NCBI GenBank assembly: GCA_902613705.1
Contig: CACMIG010000001.1
Coordinates: 40,102 to 104,101 of the forward strand
DNA from: an uncultured SAR86 cluster bacterium
GTDB lineage: Bacteria > Pseudomonadota > Gammaproteobacteria > Magnimaribacterales > D2472
DNA: 64,000 nucleotides
Direction: 5' to 3'
Below, in pieces: positions 54,633 to 62,505 of the stretch. Position numbers and translations under genes: made by a program. Below the pieces are notes generated by a model, which saw only the letters and a list, made by a program, of their open reading frames with translations, had not been told where the DNA came from and searched no databases. The stretch's first letter is position 1. Each line of letters opens with the position of its first letter.

Positions 54633-55625
54633 TTGATGAAAATATTTATATCAGTAGCATCCTATCAAGATCCCTTGTTGGAAACGACCATTAATAGCGC
54701 ATATAAAAATGCTAAACATCCTGAAAACTTAGTCTTTGGTATATGCGATCAGTCGTCAAATCCTATAAATATTGATTCTTTTAAGTTTTCTAATCAATTT
54801 AAATACGATCATGTAAATCCAATAGATTCAAAAGGTCCTTGTTGGGCTAGAGCAAGAATTCAAAAAAGCTTTAATGATGAAGATTTCTATCTTCAAATCG
54901 ATTCTCATATGCAATTTGAAGAGAATTGGGATTCATATTTAATTAAATATATTGAAAAAATAAGGGATATTGATTCAGAAATACATCAGAGTCCAATTAT
55001 CACCTGCTATCCTCGTGCCTTCAATGTAATAGACTTAGAAAGAGGTGAATTTGATCTCAATAATGCCGAAACAAGAACTGATGCTATTTCATATAGAAAA
55101 GACAGCATGTTTATAAAGAATAATTTCTCAAGACAAATTGGCTCAATTGCATCCAAAGAAATAACTCATGGGTATTTAATTGCTGCTGGTTGCATATTTA
55201 CTACTGGTGATTTTGTAAAAAAAATTCCTTATGATCCAGAATTTTATTTCTATGGTGAAGAAATATCCTTAATGCTTAGATCATTTACAAGAAACTTAGG
55301 AATTTTTCATATTCAGTCACTACCAATTTTTCACCTGTATGCTGAGCTTTCGAATATCAAAAGAAAGCTTCATTGGAATGAAGATGAAGACTCAAATAGA
55401 GATGTTAAATGGTATCAAAGAGAAGAAAAAAGTATCAATAAATTAAATGCATTGATAAATGACGATATAGACGGTGCTTTTGGCCTTGGTGATAAAAAAA
55501 CATTAGATGATTATGAGTATCTTTCAGGTGTAGATCTTAAAAATAAAGTAGTTACTGATGAAAATAAAGCATTTACAGCAAAATTTATTTCAACTCTAGA
55601 TTGGAGAGAATCGCCTTTTAAATAA
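54633..55625 (+). CDS. GT-A glycosyltransferase resembling the Skp1-hydroxyproline GlcNAc-transferase family (Pfam GlcNAc/PF11397, GT60-like)
   Basis: 330 aa with no signal peptide or TM helix. The N-terminus IFISVASYQDPLLETTINSAYKNAKHPENLVFGICDQS and the DxH metal site LQIDSHMQFEENWD match my recollection of this family. The start is either TTG 54633 or ATG 54636. Confidence 0.55.
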   Translation: MMKIFISVASYQDPLLETTINSAYKNAKHPENLVFGICDQSSNPINIDSFKFSNQFKYDHVNPIDSKGPCWARARIQKSFNDEDFYLQIDSHMQFEENWDSYLIKYIEKIRDIDSEIHQSPIITCYPRAFNVIDLERGEFDLNNAETRTDAISYRKDSMFIKNNFSRQIGSIASKEITHGYLIAAGCIFTTGDFVKKIPYDPEFYFYGEEISLMLRSFTRNLGIFHIQSLPIFHLYAELSNIKRKLHWNEDEDSNRDVKWYQREEKSINKLNALINDDIDGAFGLGDKKTLDDYEYLSGVDLKNKVVTDENKAFTAKFISTLDWRESPFK

Positions 55626-55672
55626 TTCTTAAGAACAGATGTTAAAATTATCTAAATAATTCTGGAGAAAAT

Positions 55673-56089
55673 ATGAGTGAAGAAATCAAAAAATTCTTTA
55701 AAACCTATACAGACTTCGTAACCAAAGTTACTAGCGATCCTAGCTTGGACCTTGAGTCTTTAAAACAAAGTTTTATTGAAATTGAAAAGAATTCAGATAT
55801 TAAGACTCCCAGGCTTTTAACAGCAGCATTGGGATTGGGAAGTGAAACAGGTGAGTTTGTGGAAATAGTAAAAAAAATGTTTCTCCAAGGAAAGCCTCCC
55901 TCTGAAGAAAACATATTTCATATGAAAAGAGAGCTTGGAGATATAATGTGGTATTGGGTAACTGCTTGTGCCTCATTAGGGCTTGATCCATATGAAGTAA
56001 TCAGTGAAAACCAAGAAAAACTTGCTGCTAGATATGGAGAAAAATTTGAGGTTAAGAGAAGCGAGGTCAGAAAAAAAGGCGATCTTTAA
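55673..56089 (+). CDS. MazG-like nucleotide pyrophosphohydrolase (small all-alpha NTP-PPase)
   Basis: 138 aa. GLGSETGEFVEIVKK and RELGDIMWYWV (EExxE/D-type metal sites). A GGAGA RBS is present. It resembles the small MazG of marine phages and their hosts. Confidence 0.7.
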   Translation: MSEEIKKFFKTYTDFVTKVTSDPSLDLESLKQSFIEIEKNSDIKTPRLLTAALGLGSETGEFVEIVKKMFLQGKPPSEENIFHMKRELGDIMWYWVTACASLGLDPYEVISENQEKLAARYGEKFEVKRSEVRKKGDL

Positions 56090-56144
56090 TTTCAAATATG
56101 GAGCATCTTAAGAATCTTAATATTGTGTTAGAGGTATCATAAGA

Positions 56145-56507
56145 ATGATTACGGTATTGTCTTCAATATATTTTATTTATGGTTTTATCCTATTTTATAC
56201 ATACTCAAAAGGTTACAGTCTCTTAAGATATCTTCTAAAAAGAAAAAATATTAATGTCTATATCTCAATTGAGCTAATTTTTGTAATCTTATGCTCTTTA
56301 ATTGTTTTTACATCACAGCCGTTGAACTGGGTCGTTGGACTAATAATGCTATTCCACGTAGCTGGAATAATATGGCTTATTTCTAATCCAGAAAGCTTTT
56401 ATTCTATGGCAGAAGATCCTTCTATAGACATTGATTCATTAGAAATCTCATCTGCTATGGTTGTAATTGGATTGGGTGTATTTGTATATTTTTCAACAAT
56501 ATTTTAA
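56145..56507 (+). CDS. Hypothetical membrane protein, about 4 TM helices (unknown family)
   Basis: 120-aa hydrophobic ORF. Only ORF length and hydrophobic periodicity support it. Confidence 0.4.
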   Translation: MITVLSSIYFIYGFILFYTYSKGYSLLRYLLKRKNINVYISIELIFVILCSLIVFTSQPLNWVVGLIMLFHVAGIIWLISNPESFYSMAEDPSIDIDSLEISSAMVVIGLGVFVYFSTIF

Positions 56508-57376
56508 AGATTATCTTTAAGCCTCTTATATAGACTGGATGTATCCCATTTCCCGCCTCCAGATCTTTGTATCTCTTTGTAATAGTCGTTAACAATTTTG
56601 GTGACTTCTAGACTTATGTTTTCATGTTCTGCTTTTTTAATAACTATGTCTAAATCTTTTCTCATTAAATCTACAGCAAAACCATGATCGAATTCATCTT
56701 CGAGCATTGTGTGCCATCTGTTTTCCATTTGCCATGATTGAGCAGCTCCTTTAGAGATAACTTCTAAAACATCTTTGGAATTTAATCCTGCTTTTTCTGA
56801 GAAATTCATTCCTTCAGCAAGACCTTGAAGTAGACCGGCTATGCAAATCTGATTTACCATTTTTGTTAACTGTCCTGATCCACTTTCTCCCATATATTTA
56901 ATAAACTTAGAGTAAGTCATTAAAATATCTTTCAATTCTTCATACAGCTCATTTTTACCACCTACCATTATTGAGAGTTGTCCAGATTCGGCTCCAGCCT
57001 GACCCCCAGATACAGGTGCATCAATATAATTTATATTCTTTGTGCTTAGAAGATAATTCATTTCTTTAGCTAGATCAGCTGAAGTAGTTGTATGATCTAT
57101 AATGCAAGAGCCTGATTTTAAATGCTCTAAGGCTCCATCTTTATTGGAAATAATTTCTCTTACATCGTTATCATTACCAACACAAAGAAAAAGAATATCA
57201 GATACTTTTGATATTTCTTTTACAGAGCAACATTCAGATCCAGAATACTTCTTTATCCAGCTTTTTGTTTTTTCAAGTGAGCGATTAAATACATAAATCT
57301 TGTGATGATTTGATAGATGTCCAGCCATTGGGGACCCCATAACTCCAAGGCCTATAAAGCCAATGGCTTTATTCAT
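56504..57376 (-). CDS. NAD(P)-dependent beta-hydroxyacid dehydrogenase (3-hydroxyisobutyrate dehydrogenase family)
   Basis: IGFIGLGVMGSPMAGHL Rossmann motif, DAPVSGG and the HIBADH-type C-terminal domain. 290 aa. Confidence 0.8.
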   Translation of the reverse strand: MNKAIGFIGLGVMGSPMAGHLSNHHKIYVFNRSLEKTKSWIKKYSGSECCSVKEISKVSDILFLCVGNDNDVREIISNKDGALEHLKSGSCIIDHTTTSADLAKEMNYLLSTKNINYIDAPVSGGQAGAESGQLSIMVGGKNELYEELKDILMTYSKFIKYMGESGSGQLTKMVNQICIAGLLQGLAEGMNFSEKAGLNSKDVLEVISKGAAQSWQMENRWHTMLEDEFDHGFAVDLMRKDLDIVIKKAEHENISLEVTKIVNDYYKEIQRSGGGKWDTSSLYKRLKDNL

Positions 57377-57540
57377 ACTATAAAATCTTGTCTGTCTTTT
57401 TTGGCAGTTCTTTTAGTGCCGTCTTTAGTTTGATACTCTGCTGTAATACCTTTGGTACCCTCAAAATTTTTTAATAAAAGCATATAAATCGCCGACATAA
57501 CGATCCACATTATTGGAACTATGATAATTGATTCAATCAT
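57373..57540 (-). CDS. Candidate 55-aa single-TM small protein (missing from the ORF track)
   Basis: Hand translation gives MIESIIIVPIMWIVMSAIYMLLLKNFEGTKGITAEYQTKDGTKRTAKKDRQDFIV. It starts 2 nt after the upstream stop, and its TGA overlaps the downstream ATG (ATGA at 57373-57376). Confidence 0.4.
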   Translation of the reverse strand: MIESIIIVPIMWIVMSAIYMLLLKNFEGTKGITAEYQTKDGTKRTAKKDRQDFIV

Positions 57541-57542
57541 AA

Positions 57543-58517
57543 TTATGCTTGCATTCTGTTTTTGAATTCAACAAAAGCTTCCTCATACTCTGACTTTATT
57601 CTTCCAACAAGGTCAGCCACGGAAGGAGAATCTTTAATTCCACCAATTCCTTGTCCAGACCCCCATATATCCTTCCAGGCTTTTGAGTCGGTGTTTCCAC
57701 CAGAGCCAAAGTTCATTGCGGACTTGTCTGCATCTGGAAGATTGTCAGGATCGAGACCTGCATTTTTTATTGAAGGTTTAAGATAATTCCCTAAGACTCC
57801 AGTGAATAAAGAAGAATAGACTATGTCACTTGCCGCGCTATCCTCTAACATTTTTTTATATCCAGGATCAGCATTTGCCTCCTCAGTGGCAATAAATCTA
57901 GTGCCTAAATATGCGTAGTCTGCACCAAGAGCAATTGCTGATGCTACCGAGTGACCATCACCAATTGAACCTGAAAGAATTATTGTTCCATCGAACCATT
58001 CTTTAACCTCTCTAACCAATGCGAATGGTGACAAGGCCCCAGCATGACCACCTGCACCAGCACAAACTAATATAAGTCCATCGACACCCTGCTCGGCTGC
58101 CTTTTGTGCATGTCTTACATTTATAACATCATGAAAAACCAAACCTCCATAACTATGAGCAGCATCTACAACTTCTGAAGGTGGTCTTAAAGAAGTGATA
58201 ATTATGGGCACCTCATGTTTGACACAAGTTTCCATATCCTGCATTAATCTATCGTTAGATCCATGACATATTTGGTTGACTGCAAAGGGGGCAACTTTTG
58301 CATCAGGATTTTGCTCTTGATATTCTGCAAGCTCAGTTTTTATTCTAACAATCCATTCGTCAAGAACATGTTGGGGTCTTGCGTTTAATGCTGGAAAAGA
58401 TCCTACAATTCCAGCTTTACATTGTGCAATAACTAAGTCTGGTCCTGATACTAAAAATAGTGGCGCACCAATAACTGGCATTGTTAATTTATCTTTTAGT
58501 TGATTAGGTATGCCCAT
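57543..58517 (-). CDS. Nitronate monooxygenase family FMN oxidoreductase (NMO / 2-nitropropane dioxygenase-like)
   Basis: 324 aa TIM-barrel. GAPLFLVSGPDLV, CAGAGGHAGA and GTRFIATEE, typical of the NMO/FabK family. Confidence 0.75.
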   Translation of the reverse strand: MGIPNQLKDKLTMPVIGAPLFLVSGPDLVIAQCKAGIVGSFPALNARPQHVLDEWIVRIKTELAEYQEQNPDAKVAPFAVNQICHGSNDRLMQDMETCVKHEVPIIITSLRPPSEVVDAAHSYGGLVFHDVINVRHAQKAAEQGVDGLILVCAGAGGHAGALSPFALVREVKEWFDGTIILSGSIGDGHSVASAIALGADYAYLGTRFIATEEANADPGYKKMLEDSAASDIVYSSLFTGVLGNYLKPSIKNAGLDPDNLPDADKSAMNFGSGGNTDSKAWKDIWGSGQGIGGIKDSPSVADLVGRIKSEYEEAFVEFKNRMQA

Positions 58518-58528
58518 GTTTCCTCCTC

Positions 58529-59398
58529 TTATGAATTACCCATTGCTTCTAATATTTCTAACAGCAAGTTTATAATATCCAAATAGAGTATAAACGCCAT
58601 TTCAAGTGCCGTTGCCCAGTCATTTTTGGCATAAATACTAGATTGCATTTTAATATAATTGAAATCAAATAAAAGAAATAAAGAAAAAAGAGTTGCACCA
58701 AAAATTGCAGATCTTCTCACAGCCTTCCTGCTAAATTCCATATAAAAACGTGCAAAGTTAAAAATCAGTAATCCAAATAAAGATATAATTAAGATGATTC
58801 CAAATAAAGAGCTTTCTGAGAAAGATATAAAATCGCCATAACCTATAAAACCGGTAATTAAAGTTACAACAAGTACTATTTTAAGAGCGGTAAATCCATC
58901 ATTTTCATCCATCTCAAGCATTATTAAAGCAAGAAGAGGACCAAAGAATAAACTCGTTAAAGTGAATAAAGTCATTCCAACCCAAAGGTTAATAGAATCA
59001 ACGGAAGTTATAAATGTTGTTGCAAATAAACACCCCATCCATAACCAGAACAGCAAACTAATGCCCCACGATGAACCCATCGGGGAATGTATGTAACCCA
59101 TCTTTAATAATTCAATAACTTCATCCTGATTTTTAGCAACTTCATGAAGCACCGTGTCTTTATCTTCATGTTTTTCCATTGGTTTTGGAAAATCTTTCTT
59201 TGTTTCTAAATAAGGAATCAAATCTAATTTACCTTTCATGTTAACTGAGCCCCTAAATAAGAGCCCCATAAAAGTTGTGTTATTTTCATATGCTTTTTTA
59301 GCTCTATTAAGGCAATAAAAACACATCATCAAAACTACCCCCAGTTGTGCTGAGAGTATTACAAGTGTTTTAAATATTAGAGAAGTTTCTAAAAACAT
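58529..59398 (-). CDS. BAX inhibitor-1/YccA-like membrane protein with a long hydrophilic insert
   Basis: The C-terminal signature FILYLDIINLLLEIL resembles the BI-1 family end motif. About 7 TM helices. An ~80-aa soluble segment follows TM1. Confidence 0.5.
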   Translation of the reverse strand: MFLETSLIFKTLVILSAQLGVVLMMCFYCLNRAKKAYENNTTFMGLLFRGSVNMKGKLDLIPYLETKKDFPKPMEKHEDKDTVLHEVAKNQDEVIELLKMGYIHSPMGSSWGISLLFWLWMGCLFATTFITSVDSINLWVGMTLFTLTSLFFGPLLALIMLEMDENDGFTALKIVLVVTLITGFIGYGDFISFSESSLFGIILIISLFGLLIFNFARFYMEFSRKAVRRSAIFGATLFSLFLLFDFNYIKMQSSIYAKNDWATALEMAFILYLDIINLLLEILEAMGNS

Positions 59399-59438
59399 AT
59401 ACAGACCATATCATACGATTTTTATAATATGTTTTTAT

Positions 59439-59957
59439 TTAAGTATAAATTCTGATTACTTTTTTAAAAAAAGCTACTGAGTGATCTTCATATTCTCTAT
59501 TTCCAATTTTTTTGAAGCCAAAATCCTCATGGAACTTTATAGATATTAAATTTTCAGGAAATGTGTTTACTTCACAGCATAGCGGTATTTCTTTTGTAAT
59601 AGCAATTTTTTCAATAAGCTCATAAAAACTTTTTCCAATACCCTGGCGTCTAAATGAATCTTTTATAGCTATTCTATCAATATAAAGAAATTTGGATTCT
59701 GTGTTACTAAAAAATTTATAGTTAGATGAATCATAAGAAGATTTCTCTCTGAAGCATATGATGAATCCTTTTATTTCATTGTCTTTAACTACATAAAATT
59801 GATATGAACTAAGTTGTATTAATTGTCTCAGGTACTCTATTGAACTCAAGCTTCCAACTTCTGGAGTATTTTCTTGATTAAGTATAAAAATTTTCTCTAA
59901 AAATTCTTGGCTTGGTTTTGACGGAAAATTTTGAATTTCGTGATGAAACTGATTCAT
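59439..59957 (-). CDS. GNAT family N-acetyltransferase
   Basis: 172 aa. Acetyl-CoA binding motif FRRQGIGKSF. Confidence 0.7.
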   Translation of the reverse strand: MNQFHHEIQNFPSKPSQEFLEKIFILNQENTPEVGSLSSIEYLRQLIQLSSYQFYVVKDNEIKGFIICFREKSSYDSSNYKFFSNTESKFLYIDRIAIKDSFRRQGIGKSFYELIEKIAITKEIPLCCEVNTFPENLISIKFHEDFGFKKIGNREYEDHSVAFFKKVIRIYT

Positions 59958-59960
59958 TCA

Positions 59961-60647
59961 TCAAGAATCAAGTTCATTTATTGCGTCATCAATCTTTTTA
60001 TGTGTTTCAGCTATGTAAAGCTCTTTTGTCATCGAATAAGCTGGATGCCCCATCGTCGATAGATCTTTTGCTTTTTCAAGAGCGGCTTTCATCAAGTTAT
60101 CTGATTCAACAACTTCATCCATAAGACCTGCATCTATTGCATTCTCTAGCGTATACATTTCCGCGCCCAGAACTGCTCTATATTTATGAGATTGAGCAAC
60201 TCTAAATTTAATGAGCTCTAATATAGGTAAAGGTATTACCATATTTGTTCTCATTTCATTAGCCCCAAGCATGAAGTCCCCTTTTACGCCTATTCTATAG
60301 TCACAACAGCATAATAAAAAAGTTCCTAGGGCAATGCCATGACCTGAACATGCAGCGATAACGGGTCTTGGAAATGCAAATATTCTTGATAAGAGCTTAA
60401 AGCCATTTATTGTCATATTTTGAATAAGTTTCATATCTCCGCCTTGTATTGTTTTGAGATCAAACCCAGCAGAAAACATTCCCTCTCTTCCTGTAATTAT
60501 GAGGCATCCCTCTTCGGTAGGAACATCATCAAGACATTCATTTATATGCTGTGACATTTCTGGAGAGAAAACGTTTGCCTTACCATCATCTAAAGTAAGT
60601 ATTGATACGTTATCTTCTTTCTTAAGTGTAGCTAGTTTTTCTGACAT
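59961..60647 (-). CDS. Enoyl-CoA hydratase/isomerase (crotonase) family protein
   Basis: FSAGFDLK oxyanion-hole motif and CSGHGIALGTFLL. 228 aa. Confidence 0.75.
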   Translation of the reverse strand: MSEKLATLKKEDNVSILTLDDGKANVFSPEMSQHINECLDDVPTEEGCLIITGREGMFSAGFDLKTIQGGDMKLIQNMTINGFKLLSRIFAFPRPVIAACSGHGIALGTFLLCCCDYRIGVKGDFMLGANEMRTNMVIPLPILELIKFRVAQSHKYRAVLGAEMYTLENAIDAGLMDEVVESDNLMKAALEKAKDLSTMGHPAYSMTKELYIAETHKKIDDAINELDS

Positions 60648-60678
60648 AATATAATTTTCTTAAAAAGGAAATTTTATC

Positions 60679-62505
60679 ATGATTAAAAAAATTCTTAAGC
60701 ACATGAGAAATCTTTTATTAGTTACTTTGGGAGTTGGATCTCTGTATTTGATAAATCTTTTATTTATGAAGCCCTTCTCAATTGATCATTTTTTAGCAAA
60801 AGAGCTAATTCTCGATCTTACAAGTTCACCTGAAGAGTTAACATATGTTGGAGTATTGGATGACTATAATTGGCTAACGAATCATAACTCTAAATTATCA
60901 ATTCCAAAAGAAACTGATATCGACGACGGAATTGAGCATACTGAAAAAACTATAAAAACCTTATATAAGTATGACGACTCGAGACTATCCGATACTCAAA
61001 AGAGTACAAAGAAAATTGCAATTTTTGATTATGAAAATCATTTGAGAGAACTTAGAGACTTTCCTTATTTAGACTATCCGCTAAATCAAATTGGAGGAAT
61101 TCATTTAAATACAATTGAGTTTATGAATGATGTGCATCCTATCAGGAAAAAGTCTGAGGCAGACGATTTCATAAAAAGGACAGATTTAATTAAGGAGGTG
61201 TATGAAGGAGTTCTTGCAGACCTTGAAAAACAAGCTAAGAGTGGTATTTATCCGCCTGAATTTGTATATGGCCATGTAATTAAACAGCTAGATGAATTTA
61301 TAGAATATTCAAATGAAGAACATCCTCTTTATACCCAATTCATGTCAAAGATAAATCAATTGGATTTAAATCAAGAAGATGTGAATTATTTTGAAAATGA
61401 AATAAAAAGGTCCATTAGTGATAGTGTTACACCGGGTTTTGAAATTTTAAGAGATTTTATGATAAGAACTCAAAAGTATGCTAATAAAAATCATGGCATA
61501 TGGTCTCAACCAGGAGGAGACGAATACTATAAATTAAAAATAAGGACTTTCACCACAACAGATTATTCTCCAGAAAAAATTCATCAAATAGGGCTAAGTG
61601 AAGTTAAACGGATTTCTGAAAGAATGAGATACATTCTTTCATCTCTTGAATATGACGAGAGTAAGTCTGTTGGAGAAATAATGAATGAGTTAAATGAGAA
61701 CCCAGATTTCCTTTATGCAGATACTCCAGACAGAAAAGAAATAGTTGTTAAAGACTATACAGAAATGGTTGAAGAAGCTTATGAAGTAATGAAAGATTAT
61801 TTCCATACTATGCCAAAGTCAAAAGTCATAGTGAAAGCTGTTCCTGAGTACTCTGAGAGAAATGCGGCTGGGGGATATTATCAGTCACCAGCGCTTGATG
61901 GAAGTAGGCCTGGTGTATTTTATGCAAATCTATACGATATAAAGCAAACACCAACCTATAGCATGAGAACTTTGGCTTATCATGAAGCAACACCTGGACA
62001 CCATCATCAAATAGCACATTCTCTTGAAAATGAAGATTTAACTCTCTATAGACGTTTTGGATACTACACTTCTGCTTTCGCAGAGGGATGGGCTCTTTAC
62101 TCTGAAATTTTAGCTCTTGAAGCTGGTTTGGCTGAAGATCCATATGACGAATTAGGAATTCTTCAAAGCGAACTTTTTAGAGCAGTAAGATTAGTGGTTG
62201 ATACCGGAATGCACTATAAAAGATGGACTCGTGAAGAAGCAATGAAGTACATGAAAACAAAAACAGGAATGTCAGATACAGAAGTTAGAGTCGAGATTGA
62301 AAGATATATTGTTTGGCCAGGGCAAGCGCTAAGCTATAAAGTTGGTATGATCAAAATACTCGAACTCAGAGAAAAAGCTATGAGCGAGCTTGGTGATAAA
62401 TTTAATATAAAAGATTTCCATTCAGCTGTTCTAGATCATGGAAATCCTCCTCTCTTTATTGTTGAGGAGATGGTAAATAATATGATTAAAGAAAATTTGA
62501 ACTAG
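60679..62505 (+). CDS. DUF885 family protein (putative metallopeptidase-like), membrane-anchored or secreted
   Basis: 608 aa. An N-terminal hydrophobic anchor, HEATPGHHHQ, and a C-terminal region typical of DUF885. Confidence 0.75.
   Translation: MIKKILKHMRNLLLVTLGVGSLYLINLLFMKPFSIDHFLAKELILDLTSSPEELTYVGVLDDYNWLTNHNSKLSIPKETDIDDGIEHTEKTIKTLYKYDDSRLSDTQKSTKKIAIFDYENHLRELRDFPYLDYPLNQIGGIHLNTIEFMNDVHPIRKKSEADDFIKRTDLIKEVYEGVLADLEKQAKSGIYPPEFVYGHVIKQLDEFIEYSNEEHPLYTQFMSKINQLDLNQEDVNYFENEIKRSISDSVTPGFEILRDFMIRTQKYANKNHGIWSQPGGDEYYKLKIRTFTTTDYSPEKIHQIGLSEVKRISERMRYILSSLEYDESKSVGEIMNELNENPDFLYADTPDRKEIVVKDYTEMVEEAYEVMKDYFHTMPKSKVIVKAVPEYSERNAAGGYYQSPALDGSRPGVFYANLYDIKQTPTYSMRTLAYHEATPGHHHQIAHSLENEDLTLYRRFGYYTSAFAEGWALYSEILALEAGLAEDPYDELGILQSELFRAVRLVVDTGMHYKRWTREEAMKYMKTKTGMSDTEVRVEIERYIVWPGQALSYKVGMIKILELREKAMSELGDKFNIKDFHSAVLDHGNPPLFIVEEMVNNMIKENLN

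Noticed and set aside
55626-55635. TTCTTAAGAA 10-bp palindrome right after the glycosyltransferase stop, as a terminator
   Set aside because: The stem would be only 4-5 AT-rich base pairs with essentially no loop and no U-tract, so it is not credible as an intrinsic terminator.
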